Origin: a bacterium
GTDB taxonomy: Bacteria; SZUA-182; DTGQ01
Reading direction: 5' to 3'
Length of the DNA: 18,865 bases
Assembly: GCA_040752695.1 (NCBI GenBank)
Contig: JBFMGO010000024.1
Coordinates: 1 to 18,865, forward strand
Part shown: piece after piece, positions 1 to 9,242 of the stretch
Position numbering within the stretch: the stretch's first letter is position 1
How the letters are laid out: each line of letters begins with the position of its first letter
The notes under the pieces: generated by a model
What the model saw: only the letters and a program-made list of their open reading frames with translations
Told to the model about the DNA's origin: nothing
The model's database searches: none
Program-made: the position numbers and the translations under genes

Positions 1-382
1 AGATGGCAAAGGCAAACATTCCTGCCAGTTGGTGGAGGCATTCTGTCCCCTTTTCTTCGTAAAGATGAACCAGAACTTCTGAGTCCGATCCGGTCTTGAA
101 GACATGGCCCGTCTCCTGCAACTTCTTGCGCAGTTCCTGAAAGTTATAAATCTCGCCATTGCAGACGACCCATACACTTCCGTCTTCATTGGAAATCGGC
201 TGATGCCCGGTCTGAAGATCAATAATGCTGAGGCGGCGCATGCCGATCACCGCATCCGGGTCATGATACGTTCCAACATCATCAGGTCCCCGGTGCTGCA
301 TGACCTGACACATCCGGTGAATGATCCGGACAGCGTCCTCCTGGTGAAGATTATAATTACTGAAACCACAAATTCCGCACAT
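1..382 (-). CDS. asnB: Asparagine synthase (glutamine-hydrolysing)-family amidotransferase, N-terminal part; 3' end lies outside the window
   Basis: Manual translation from ATG at 382: MCGICGFSNYNL...MQHRGPDDVG...IGMRRLSIIDLQTGHQPISNEDGSVWVVCNGEIYNFQELR...SDSEVLVHLYEEKG...AGMFAFAI. Shows the N-terminal nucleophile Cys and the HRGPD, RLSIID, QP, NGEIYN and SD[ST]EV motifs of class II glutamine amidotransferases of the AsnB type. Frame open to the window edge. True substrate (Asp vs. a polysaccharide/cell-wall carboxyl) cannot be told. Confidence 0.92.
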   Translation of the reverse strand, partial: MCGICGFSNYNLHQEDAVRIIHRMCQVMQHRGPDDVGTYHDPDAVIGMRRLSIIDLQTGHQPISNEDGSVWVVCNGEIYNFQELRKKLQETGHVFKTGSDSEVLVHLYEEKGTECLHQLAGMFAFAI

Positions 383-406
383 AAAGTATCCTGCACAAGA
401 TAAGAA

Positions 407-1141
407 TCAATATTGCACCGACATCAGAAACAGGCCGTGAGGCGGAGCCGAGGGGCCGGCCAGACTCTTGTCCCTGGTTTGCAGTATCTGCGACATCTGA
501 CCAGCGGGCATTTTCCCTTTCCCCACTTCAAGCAAGGTGCCGACTATCCGCCGGACCATTTTATGTAAAAATCCCTCTCCTCTGATGCTGATAATCAGGA
601 AAGGCTCCTCAAGGGCAAGTTCGGCTCTGGTGATCGTCCGGACCGTATTTTCTTTTTCTTCACTGGCTGTACTTAAGGGGAAAAAATCGTGAGTTCCTTC
701 CACTTCGGCCAAAGATTCCCGCATTTCATCAACATCGAGCGGGACAGGAACATGGAGGGCATACCGGCGGTAGAAGACAGATGGCACGGACTGATACATG
801 ATGTTGTAGCGGTACTCCTTTTCCCTGGCATCGAACTGAGCATGAAACGAAGGGTGCATTTCCTCGGCCTTTTGAATTACGATGTCATCGGGCAAAAGGG
901 AATTCAAGGCCCGCATGATAACATCGGGAGACAAACCGCTGCTGGTGCGAAAATGGGCACTCTGCCCCTTGGCGTGCACTCCTGAGTCTGTCCTGCCTGC
1001 GCCATACACGCACACTTTGTGTCCCAGAAGCCGGGCCAGGCTGTCCTGCAGCATTCCCTGAATCGTAATCAACCCCGGCTGGACCTGCCATCCATGATAG
1101 AGGGTCCCGTCATACTCAATGGTCAGTTTCACCGTACGCAT
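407..1141 (-). CDS. truA: tRNA pseudouridine(38-40) synthase TruA
   Basis: 244 aa; EYDGT..HGWQ.Q start, GRTDSGVHA catalytic Asp motif, GTHDF, GFLHKMVRRIVG and APPHGLFL C-terminal motif. Confidence 0.97.
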   Translation of the reverse strand: MRTVKLTIEYDGTLYHGWQVQPGLITIQGMLQDSLARLLGHKVCVYGAGRTDSGVHAKGQSAHFRTSSGLSPDVIMRALNSLLPDDIVIQKAEEMHPSFHAQFDAREKEYRYNIMYQSVPSVFYRRYALHVPVPLDVDEMRESLAEVEGTHDFFPLSTASEEKENTVRTITRAELALEEPFLIISIRGEGFLHKMVRRIVGTLLEVGKGKMPAGQMSQILQTRDKSLAGPSAPPHGLFLMSVQY

Positions 1142-1145
1142 CTTA

Positions 1146-1181
1146 TTACTTCGTTACTTGTTACATCGTTACTTGTTACTT
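1146..1181. repeat. Short tandem repeat, alternating 8/7-nt units (TTAC[TA]TCG / TTACTTG)
   Basis: ttacttcg-ttacttg-ttacatcg-ttacttg-ttactt fills most of the 54-bp der-truA spacer. Confidence 0.8.
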
Positions 1182-1195
1182 AACCGCTTGTTATT

Positions 1196-2542
1196 TTACT
1201 GCTTGGCCGATGACGATACGTGAGGACTTTTTTCCCTTTTCCGGAAATAGATTTTGACCGGAATGTTTTCCATCTTGAGAAAGGCGCGTAGCTGATTCTG
1301 GAGGTAACGGGCATAGGAGAAGTGGATGGCCTCCGGATAGTTGACGAAAAAGAGAAAAGTCGGGGGCTTGGTCGAAACTTGCGTCTGGTAGTAAAATTTG
1401 ATCCTTCTTCCATGGTGGAGCGGGGGAGGATTATTTTGGATGATCTTTTGGGTGATCCGGTTCAGTTCTCCGGTGGAGACCCTTGAGGAATACTGATCGT
1501 AGAGGGTTTCGATCAGGGGAAAGAGGGTAAAGACACGCTGGCCGGTGCGTGCGGAAACAAAGACGATCGGAGCAAAGGAAAGGTAGGTCAGTTCATAGCG
1601 TATCCGGTCAATGTACGCAGCCATGGTCTTATTGTCTTTTTCGATCAGGTCCCATTTATTCACGACCAGAATACAGGGTTTCCCTGCCTCATAAGCATAC
1701 CCGGCAATCGTTGTATCCTGCTTGGTGGTTTTCTCAACCGCATCAATGAGAATAAGAGCAATATCGCAGCCTTGCAGGTGCTTCAGGGCGGAGATGATGC
1801 TGTATTTTTCCAGGGCCAGCTCAGTCTTGCCCTTTTTGCGTATACCGGCCGTATCGATCAGGATATACTGCCGGTTATTGTATCGAAGATAGCTGTTGAC
1901 TGCATCCCGGGTTGTTCCGGGGATGTCAGTCACCAGCATGCGGTCTTTCCGCAGAAGGGAATTTACTAAAGAGGATTTTCCCACATTCGGTCTTCCGATA
2001 ATTGCCACCCGTATCCCTTTCTCATCCTCTTGCGGCCGGGCGGGATAAGAAGGAAGCTGCTGCAATACAGCGTCCATGAGCTCTGAGATCCCAAGGCCAT
2101 GTTCTGCAGAAATGGGGAAAAATGGTGCGCCGAGTTCATAAAAGTCTTGCAGTGCTTGCCTGGCAGGCGAAACATCAGCTTTATTTATGACAAAGAGGAC
2201 CTTTTTATTGCCCCGGTACAATCGCTGTATGATCTCCCGGTCCATACCAAGGAGTCCTTCTATTGCATCCATAACGTAGAGCACAAGATCGGCCTCATTG
2301 ACAGCCATATCTGTCTGGTTCTGCATTTGAACGCTGAGATCTTCCCTGGCATCCAGTTCCATCCCTCCGGTATCGACCAGAAGAAAGCTTCTCTCATCCC
2401 AGGTGCAGGAGGCATAGATGCGGTCACGCGTCACGCCAGGCTGGCCATCGACAATGGCTTGACGCTTTCCGACCAATCGGTTAAAGAAGGTGGATTTCCC
2501 AACATTGGGCCGGCCAACGATAGTTACTACTGGAAGAGGCAT
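1196..2542 (-). CDS. der: Ribosome biogenesis GTPase Der (EngA)
   Basis: 448 aa; two tandem G domains (GRPNVGKS/DTGG/NKAD/SAEHG and GRPNVGKS/DTAG/NKWD/SART) plus KH-like C-terminus (KFYYQTQ...PPTF). Confidence 0.98.
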   Translation of the reverse strand: MPLPVVTIVGRPNVGKSTFFNRLVGKRQAIVDGQPGVTRDRIYASCTWDERSFLLVDTGGMELDAREDLSVQMQNQTDMAVNEADLVLYVMDAIEGLLGMDREIIQRLYRGNKKVLFVINKADVSPARQALQDFYELGAPFFPISAEHGLGISELMDAVLQQLPSYPARPQEDEKGIRVAIIGRPNVGKSSLVNSLLRKDRMLVTDIPGTTRDAVNSYLRYNNRQYILIDTAGIRKKGKTELALEKYSIISALKHLQGCDIALILIDAVEKTTKQDTTIAGYAYEAGKPCILVVNKWDLIEKDNKTMAAYIDRIRYELTYLSFAPIVFVSARTGQRVFTLFPLIETLYDQYSSRVSTGELNRITQKIIQNNPPPLHHGRRIKFYYQTQVSTKPPTFLFFVNYPEAIHFSYARYLQNQLRAFLKMENIPVKIYFRKREKSPHVSSSAKQ

Positions 2543-2545
2543 GGT

Positions 2546-4963
2546 TTATCCGATCGAAGTAGCCTGTAAGCCGCTGGTAGCTGGCTGTTGTTGATGCTGC
2601 TCTTTGGTGTGCTCAGAATATCCTACCAGCGCCGTTTTCAGGACCTGATCCATGTTCTTAACGAGGACAAATTGAGTGACTTTTTTTACCATATCAGGAA
2701 TTTCTTTTAAATCTTTTTCATTTTCTTCAGGCAGAATGACGGTTCGAATCTCGGCGCGGTGGGCTGCCAGAACCTTTTCTTTTAATCCACCGATAGGCAG
2801 CACTTTCCCCCGCAGGGTAATCTCTCCGGTCATGGCCACATCGCTGCGGACAGGCTTTCCAGTGAATGAGGAAGCCATGGCTGTGGCCATAGTGATGCCG
2901 GCGGATGGGCCGTCTTTGGGTATGGCACCTTCGGGTATATGAAGATGGACATCGACTTTTTGGAAAAATTCTCCTGAAAGGTTCAGATCCTTTGCTTTGG
3001 AGCGGATGTAGCTGTAAGCTGCCTGTGCGGATTCCTGCATAACGTCTCCCAATTGCCCGGTCAGGGTGAGTTCTCCTTTCCCCTCCATGATGACCGCTTC
3101 TATCGGGAGGATATCTCCCCCTACCTCAGACCAGGCAAGACCATTCACGATACCGATTTCGTCATCCAGGGACTTGTCCTTTTTGGGGAACCTGGGAGGG
3201 CCAAGATACTTGGGGACACTGTGCACGCCGATTTGAACATGAGTGTCTTTCCCCTTTTTAACCACCTGCCTGGCCACTTTTCGGCAGACCGAAGCGATTT
3301 CCCTTTCCAGATTACGCACCCCCGCCTCTCTGGTATAGCGGTAGATGATGTATTTGACCGCCTTTTCAGAAAATTCGAGATTCTTAGCTGCCAGACCATG
3401 AGATTTTAACTGCTTTGGAACCAGGAATAAAGAACTGATTCTGACCTTTTCAAGATCCGTGTATCCGGGCAGCCGGATAACCTCCATCCGGTCCTGCAAA
3501 GGACCGGGAATTTTGTGGATCACATTGGCCGTGGTGATGAACATGACTTCCGAAAGGTCGTAATCCACTTCCAGATAATGATCACTGAAGGAGTGGTTTT
3601 GCTCAGGGTCGAGTACTTCCAGGAGCGCCGCGGATGGATCTCCCCGAAAATCCGTACTCATCTTGTCGATTTCATCGAGAAGAAAGACAGGATTGCGGGA
3701 TTGGGCCTTTTTCATTCCCTGGATAATCCGGCCAGGCAAAGCACCGATATAGGTCCTTCGGTGTCCCCGGATTTCAGCCTCATCACGCACCCCCCCTAAG
3801 GAGAGGCGGACAAAATTTCTCCCCGTAGCTCTGGCAATAGAGCGGGCCAAAGACGTTTTTCCGACGCCGGGAGGACCTACCAGGCACAAGATGGGTCCTC
3901 GCATCTTCTTGACGAGCCTTCGCACCGCCAGATATTCGAGTATCCGCTCTTTGGCCTGTTCAAGGCCGTAGTGGTCATGGTCCAGTATTTTTTCAGCCTT
4001 ATCCAGGTCTATTTTATCTCTGGTTTTTTTCGCCCAGGGCAGGGAAACGAGCCAATCGATGTAGTTGCGGACTACTGTAGCTTCGGCGGACATGGGGGGC
4101 ATCAATTCGAGCCTCCTCAATTCACGCACGGCCTTGTCCTGAGCTTCGGTATTCATCTTGATCCCGCGGATTTTTTCCTCAAGCTCCTGGATTTCTGATT
4201 TGCGGTTATCGATCGTACCCAGTTCTTTCTGGATGGCCTTCATCTGCTCTTGCAGATAGTACTCTTTTTGGGTTTTTTCCATCTGATTTTTGACCTGGCT
4301 GCGAATCTTTTTTTCCAGCTCCTGGATATCGATTTCGGAAGAGAGGAAATTGTACAGCTTCAAAAGCCTCTCTTCAGGATCAAGACTTTCCAGAATAGTC
4401 TGTTTATTTTCCAGCTTGAGGGTCACGTGTGAGGCGATGATATCGGCCAGACGCCCGGGCTCTTTGATATTTAAGGCTGACTGAATCATTTCCGGCGGAA
4501 TCTTCTGGTTTGATTTGGCATATTTTTCAAACTGCGCGTTCACGTTTCTCATCAGAGCTTCCACCTGAGGCGAGCCTTCGGTTTCCCGTTCACAATCTGA
4601 GACTACCACGTTAAAGAAAGGATCGTCTTCGATAAACTCCTCAATCGTACAGCGGGCTACCCCTTCTGCTAACACCTTGATCGTGCCATCGGGGAGTTTC
4701 AGTACCTGCAGGATTTCGGCGATCGTACCGATAGCGAAAATGTCTCCGGGCTGAGGGTCATCGACCTTGGCATTTCTCTGCGAAGCGAGGATAATCTGAT
4801 TATTGTTCAGCATGGCCTTTTCTATTGCCTTGATGGACTTTGGCCTGCCAATAAACAGTGGCACGATCATATGAGGAAAAACAATAATATCCCTCAAGGG
4901 TAAGAGAGAAAGAGTCCGTTTTTGCTGATTCGTCTTGGTTCTATTTTTGTCCTTAAAAAACAT
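2546..4963 (-). CDS. lon: ATP-dependent protease La (Lon, LonA type)
   Basis: 805 aa; [11 protein letters not shown]-domain, Walker [10 protein letters not shown], Walker B FLLDEIDK, catalytic PKDGPSAG Ser and GGLKEK region; GGAGG SD at 4968-4972 on the minus strand. Confidence 0.98.
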   Translation of the reverse strand: MFFKDKNRTKTNQQKRTLSLLPLRDIIVFPHMIVPLFIGRPKSIKAIEKAMLNNNQIILASQRNAKVDDPQPGDIFAIGTIAEILQVLKLPDGTIKVLAEGVARCTIEEFIEDDPFFNVVVSDCERETEGSPQVEALMRNVNAQFEKYAKSNQKIPPEMIQSALNIKEPGRLADIIASHVTLKLENKQTILESLDPEERLLKLYNFLSSEIDIQELEKKIRSQVKNQMEKTQKEYYLQEQMKAIQKELGTIDNRKSEIQELEEKIRGIKMNTEAQDKAVRELRRLELMPPMSAEATVVRNYIDWLVSLPWAKKTRDKIDLDKAEKILDHDHYGLEQAKERILEYLAVRRLVKKMRGPILCLVGPPGVGKTSLARSIARATGRNFVRLSLGGVRDEAEIRGHRRTYIGALPGRIIQGMKKAQSRNPVFLLDEIDKMSTDFRGDPSAALLEVLDPEQNHSFSDHYLEVDYDLSEVMFITTANVIHKIPGPLQDRMEVIRLPGYTDLEKVRISSLFLVPKQLKSHGLAAKNLEFSEKAVKYIIYRYTREAGVRNLEREIASVCRKVARQVVKKGKDTHVQIGVHSVPKYLGPPRFPKKDKSLDDEIGIVNGLAWSEVGGDILPIEAVIMEGKGELTLTGQLGDVMQESAQAAYSYIRSKAKDLNLSGEFFQKVDVHLHIPEGAIPKDGPSAGITMATAMASSFTGKPVRSDVAMTGEITLRGKVLPIGGLKEKVLAAHRAEIRTVILPEENEKDLKEIPDMVKKVTQFVLVKNMDQVLKTALVGYSEHTKEQHQQQPATSGLQATSIG

Positions 4964-5032
4964 CTTGCCTCCGCAGTATGTGCTCCTGATTCATGGGAGG
5001 TCTACTGTAATACTGCTGGTGGGGAGAAAGTG

Positions 5033-6277
5033 TCAGCCTACCTTCTCATAGAGAAATATCGGTGTCTCATGCCGGGCGATAACATCCTTGGTAATTACAC
5101 ATTCTTTGATGCCGCTGCTTTGTGAAGGTAAATCGTACATGATATCAAGCATGACATCCTCTAAGATCGATCTTAAGCCTCGCGCGCCGGTCCCCCGGAT
5201 AGTAGCCTCATGGGCAACAGCGGACAGGGCATCGTCGGTAAATTTTAACTTGACGTTTTCCAGCTCGAAGATCTTCTGATACTGCTTAATGAGAGCGTTT
5301 TGGGGGTCCTTGAGAATGGAAATCATCATTTCTTCGTTCAATTCGGTCAGGGTGGCGATCACTGGAAAACGGCCTACGAATTCCGGGATCATGCCGAATT
5401 TTATCAAATCGGTCTGCTGTACCTGGGCGATAAGGTCAGAACTGGTTCTTTCTTTTTTACTTTTGACGCCGGACAGAAATCCGACGGGATTTTTATCCAG
5501 CCGCTTGGAAACGATCTTTTCAAGACCGATAAAAGCACCGCCGCAAATGAAAAGGATATCTTTCGTATCCACCTGAATATATTCCTGGTGAGGGTGCTTT
5601 CTTCCCCCTTGAGGAGGAACACTGGCCACCGTGCCTTCAATGATTTTCAAAAGGGCCTGCTGTACTCCCTCACCCGATACATCACGGGTAATGGACGGGC
5701 TGTCCGTCTTTCGACTGATCTTATCGATTTCGTCAATATAGACAATTCCCTTTTCAGCTTTGGCTACGTCAAAGTCAGCGGCCTGCAGGAGTTTTAAGAT
5801 AATATTCTCCACATCCTCGCCGACATAACCCGCTTCGGTAAGTGTGGTGGCATCCGCAATAATAAAGGGGACATCGAGCAGCTTAGCCATAGTCTGGGCC
5901 AGGAGTGTCTTCCCTGAACCGGTTGGCCCGATGAGCAGAATGTTGCTCTTTTGGAGCTCGACGTCTTTTGGATCGATATTTGCTTCGATGCGTTTATAGT
6001 GGTTATGAACCGCTACCGCCAGAGTCTTTTTCGCTCTCTCCTGGCCAACCACATACTGGTCTAAGAAATTTTTTATCTCAATAGGCTTAGCGAGCTTCTT
6101 AAAATTCTCGATGCGCTCTTCTTCCCACTCTTCCTCGATGATATCGTTGCAAAGCTCTATGCATTCATCACAGATATATACCGTAGGTCCAGCAATCAGC
6201 TTCTTGACTTCATTTTGGGTTTTGCCGCAAAAGGAACATTTTAAGGTTACATTTTTAGAGCTTTTACCTTTAGCCAT
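5033..6277 (-). CDS. clpX: ATP-dependent Clp protease ATP-binding subunit ClpX
   Basis: 414 aa; CSFC...ICDEC zinc-binding domain, [16 protein letters not shown] pore loop, IDEIDK, RKH loop, VGF (IGF-type) loop, GARGLR. Confidence 0.98.
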   Translation of the reverse strand: MAKGKSSKNVTLKCSFCGKTQNEVKKLIAGPTVYICDECIELCNDIIEEEWEEERIENFKKLAKPIEIKNFLDQYVVGQERAKKTLAVAVHNHYKRIEANIDPKDVELQKSNILLIGPTGSGKTLLAQTMAKLLDVPFIIADATTLTEAGYVGEDVENIILKLLQAADFDVAKAEKGIVYIDEIDKISRKTDSPSITRDVSGEGVQQALLKIIEGTVASVPPQGGRKHPHQEYIQVDTKDILFICGGAFIGLEKIVSKRLDKNPVGFLSGVKSKKERTSSDLIAQVQQTDLIKFGMIPEFVGRFPVIATLTELNEEMMISILKDPQNALIKQYQKIFELENVKLKFTDDALSAVAHEATIRGTGARGLRSILEDVMLDIMYDLPSQSSGIKECVITKDVIARHETPIFLYEKVG

Positions 6278-6307
6278 TTCCTATTCCTTTATCGTTAATG
6301 AAAAAAT

Positions 6308-6901
6308 TTACCCGGCTTTTTTAACTATTACTTCATCCACCAGGCCATATTCCTTGGCCTGCTCGGCGGACATATAATAATCCCTTTCTGTATCGATCTG
6401 GATCTTTTCAAAAGCCTGCCCGGTATGTTTGACCAGTATTTCGTTCAAACGCTTACGCATAAGCAGAATTTCCTTGGCCTGAATATCGACATCCGTAGCC
6501 TGCCCCTGGAATCCTCCGAGAGGCTGATGAATCAAGATCCTGGCATGGGGAAGAGCATAGCGCTTCCCCTTGGTGCCGGCAGCAAGGAGCAGCGCTCCCA
6601 TGCTGGCTGCCTGTCCGATGCAAATGGTAGAGACATCAGGCTTGATATACTGGATCGTATCATAAATAGCCAGCCCTGAAGTCACCACCCCGCCGGGACT
6701 GTTAATATAGAGGTGAATATCCTTATCCGGGTCGTCCGCTTCCAGAAATAAGAGCTGCGCAATAACCAGATTGGAAATATTATCTTCGATAGGACTTCCC
6801 ACGAACACAATCCGGTCCTTCAGGAGTCGAGAATAAATATCATAGGCCCGCTCGCCACGGCTGGACTGTTCTACAACCATCGGTATTAGAGTCATCGCCA
6901 T
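6308..6901 (-). CDS. clpP: ATP-dependent Clp protease proteolytic subunit ClpP
   Basis: 197 aa; IPMVVEQ...[21 protein letters not shown] (Ser), IHQP (His), ERD (Asp). Start may be the second Met at 6895. Confidence 0.98.
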   Translation of the reverse strand: MAMTLIPMVVEQSSRGERAYDIYSRLLKDRIVFVGSPIEDNISNLVIAQLLFLEADDPDKDIHLYINSPGGVVTSGLAIYDTIQYIKPDVSTICIGQAASMGALLLAAGTKGKRYALPHARILIHQPLGGFQGQATDVDIQAKEILLMRKRLNEILVKHTGQAFEKIQIDTERDYYMSAEQAKEYGLVDEVIVKKAG

Positions 6902-6916
6902 ATCCCTTTGATTCTC

Positions 6917-8182
6917 CTACCGGATCAGGGCATGATCCAGCAGGAAATTTAATGTTTTGCGTTCTTGAAGAGTTTTTTCAATTTTACCTTTGTATACTTT
7001 TTTCACTTCTTCAGCAGTTTTGTTGTATTGCTTGGCTAACAGTTGAACATGATGATCGATCTCTTCAGGGGGGACTTCGATCCCCTCACGAATGGCCACC
7101 TCCTCTAAGATCATGGAAGCCTTTACATTTCTGATTGCAGTCTCCCTGAAGTCCTTCCTGACCAAGGCAATATTCGATTCGGTTTTTTCAAGCGCTCTGC
7201 CTTGAGCGGCCAATCGAAATTCCAAGTCCTGAACAAGTGCATCCGTTTCATTCTCGACCATGATTTCAGGAGGTTCTATCGAAGTTGAATCCAGCAATTT
7301 GTTGAGCAAGGAATTGACCATTTTCGAACGGGCTTCATCCTCGCGCCTTTTCTTTATTGTTTCGGCAATTTCCTCTTTTAAGCTTGCCAGGCTGTCATTC
7401 GACCAGTCCTTGGCAAAATCATCGTCAATCTCAGGGAGCACCTTTTCTTTTATTTCCTTGATATTAATTTTGAAAGTAATATTCCTGCCAGCCACTTCCG
7501 GCTTAGCGTAATCTGCGGGAAAAGCCTCCTCAAATTCTTTTTCTTCTCCCTTGGACATACCGATAATATTCTGAGAAAATCCGGGGGGTATCTGCTGGGA
7601 TCCGACAGTAGCGACCGCATCCTTCTTGCTCTCACTCCATGACGGGTTCGCTTTTTCGGTGGCATCATAGTCGAATACGAAAAGGTCCCCCTCCCGCAGG
7701 GGCCGATCCGTAATGACCTGATATTTGGCAGCCTGCTCCTGAAGATCCTTGAGAACTTCCATGATATCATCTTCAGTCACTTCAGCCGCTTTTTCCCCCA
7801 CGATTTCAATTTCCCGGTAGTTTTGAGGTAATTCAATCTTGGGCCAAGTCGTAACAACCACTTTGAAGGAAAGGGGTGAGTTCTCATGAACGTGAAGCTC
7901 TCCCTCGAATTCGGGTTGTCCGACTAATTGCAGCTTCTGCTCTTCAACGGCCTTTTCAAAATATTCCGGCACCAGATCCTTTATAACCTCTGATTCAATT
8001 TTATCCCAAAAGCGAGCTTTTAACAAATCCTTCGGTACCTTTCCGGGACGGAAGCCTTTGAGTCTGGTAGAGGAACTTACTTGCCGAAAAGCTTCATTGA
8101 TCTTCCTGGTTACGATTTCTTCAGGGATTTCAACAGTGACTGCTTTTTTACATTGCTCTAAATCGGTCACATCAACTCTCAT
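6917..8182 (-). CDS. tig: Trigger factor
   Basis: 421 aa; GFRPGKVP ribosome-binding signature, central FKBP-like domain (IPPGF...GM...FPADY), LPEIDDDFAK; GAGG SD; conserved position upstream of clpP-clpX-lon. Confidence 0.96.
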   Translation of the reverse strand: MRVDVTDLEQCKKAVTVEIPEEIVTRKINEAFRQVSSSTRLKGFRPGKVPKDLLKARFWDKIESEVIKDLVPEYFEKAVEEQKLQLVGQPEFEGELHVHENSPLSFKVVVTTWPKIELPQNYREIEIVGEKAAEVTEDDIMEVLKDLQEQAAKYQVITDRPLREGDLFVFDYDATEKANPSWSESKKDAVATVGSQQIPPGFSQNIIGMSKGEEKEFEEAFPADYAKPEVAGRNITFKINIKEIKEKVLPEIDDDFAKDWSNDSLASLKEEIAETIKKRREDEARSKMVNSLLNKLLDSTSIEPPEIMVENETDALVQDLEFRLAAQGRALEKTESNIALVRKDFRETAIRNVKASMILEEVAIREGIEVPPEEIDHHVQLLAKQYNKTAEEVKKVYKGKIEKTLQERKTLNFLLDHALIR

Positions 8183-8253
8183 AGATCCTCTTTTCTCATA
8201 GACACTCTCTCAAGCACCCGGACATTATTTCAGGTACCCGTTCGTTTGCTTTA

Positions 8254-8333
<80 letters not shown>

Positions 8334-8381
8334 TTCCATGATACGATACATGGGTAGGACAATTTGAGGCCTATAAAAAAT

Positions 8382-8446
8382 GGAGGAATACCCTCTTCCA
8401 GAAAAGCTCGTTATCCTTTTTCTGGGAAAATTAAGGAAATTCCTCC
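8382..8446. other. Nested imperfect inverted repeat (long hairpin) in the tRNA-Lys/tRNA-Leu spacer
   Basis: Outer GGAGGAAT (8382-8389) / ATTCCTCC (8439-8446); inner TTCCAGAAAAG / CTTTTTCTGGGAA. Confidence 0.55.
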
Positions 8447-8489
8447 TGCCGTATAACGATGTCAATCTTGTTTATCCAAATCAAAAAAT

Positions 8490-8565
<76 letters not shown>

Positions 8566-8666
8566 ACATTACTCATCTAAACAAAAATCATATATTAACA
8601 AAAATTAAGATATCAATAAAAATACAATATCAATATATGATATCAATAAAATTATATACAAAATCA

Positions 8667-8740
8667 TACGCCCGGCAGGGCTCGAACCTGCGACCTGCGG
8701 ATTCGAAGTCCGACGCTCTATCCAACTGAGCTACGGGCGC
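8667..8740 (-). tRNA. tRNA-Arg(TCG); CCA not encoded
   Basis: Reverse complement GCGCCCGTAGCTCAGTTGGATAGAGCGTCGGACTTCGAATCCGCAGGTCGCAGGTTCGAGCCCTGCCGGGCGTA; anticodon loop CT-TCG-AA; GGATA D-loop typical of tRNA-Arg. Confidence 0.95.
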
Positions 8741-8751
8741 ATTTTCCAAAG

Positions 8752-8827
8752 GGTGAGTGGAGGGACTTGAACCCTCGACCACTGGAGCCACAATCCAGTG
8801 CTCTATCCAAACTGAGCTACACTCACC
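8752..8827 (-). tRNA. tRNA-His(GTG) with encoded G-1; full CCA not encoded
   Basis: Reverse complement GGTGAGTGTAGCTCAGTTTGGATAGAGCACTGGATTGTGGCTCCAGTGGTCGAGGGTTCAAGTCCCTCCACTCACC; anticodon loop TT-GTG-GC; extra G-1:C73 pair diagnostic of bacterial tRNA-His. Confidence 0.96.
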
Positions 8828-8922
8828 ATGCATTCAGCAATGAACGGGAATCGTTTTCTCGCTCTTGAAAAATTTCTTTTAACCAGATTTCATGGTAGTT
8901 ATGTTTGCATCGATATCACGTT

Positions 8923-8951
8923 AGTATACACTTTTGAATCCGATTTTTCAA
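8923..8951 (-). promoter_or_regulatory. Putative sigma70-type promoter (proximal) for the tRNA-tig-clp-lon run
   Basis: Minus strand TTGAAA (8951-8946), 17-nt spacer, TATACT (8928-8923); AT-rich upstream DNA; ~95 nt before tRNA-His. Confidence 0.7.
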
Positions 8952-9100
8952 CTAAATAATCATATCTTAAATGAACCTGGAAGCATACCTGTATTGCGTT
9001 TTTTTCTCATTCATCAGCCCGCTTCCTTAAACTATAGCCCACTTAACTTTTAAAATCAACAGGTATCACCTACTCCTTAAAAAGCGGCCAAAAAGAGGTA

Positions 9101-9129
9101 AGCATAGGGTGAAATTTCCTGAATGTCAA
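9101..9129 (-). promoter_or_regulatory. Putative sigma70-type promoter (distal) for the tRNA cluster
   Basis: Minus strand TTGACA (9129-9124), 17-nt spacer, TATGCT (9106-9101); lies just downstream of the terminator at 9164-9207. Confidence 0.7.
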
Positions 9130-9163
9130 GAGAAAAATGGTGATTTTTGTTTTCTCGCACAAG

Positions 9164-9207
9164 AAAAAAGCCTGTACAGGCTTTGAAGTGCCGCATACAG
9201 GCTTTTT
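9164..9207 (-). terminator. Probable intrinsic (possibly bidirectional) terminator after the Gly-rich gene
   Basis: AAAAAGCCTGTA ... TACAGGCTTTTT inverted repeat with T-tracts in both directions, 35 nt after the stop at 9243. Confidence 0.75.
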
Positions 9208-9242
9208 GCAGTTGACCATTTTTATAAAAAAGCGTTTCTATC

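Noticed and set aside
104..403. 99-aa plus-strand ORF
   Set aside because: Antisense shadow of the asnB-like gene, whose minus-strand frame carries all family motifs.
689..7770. Numerous 60-165 aa ORFs overlapping truA, der, lon, clpX, clpP and tig
   Set aside because: Antisense or off-frame shadows of conserved genes; no recognisable motifs.
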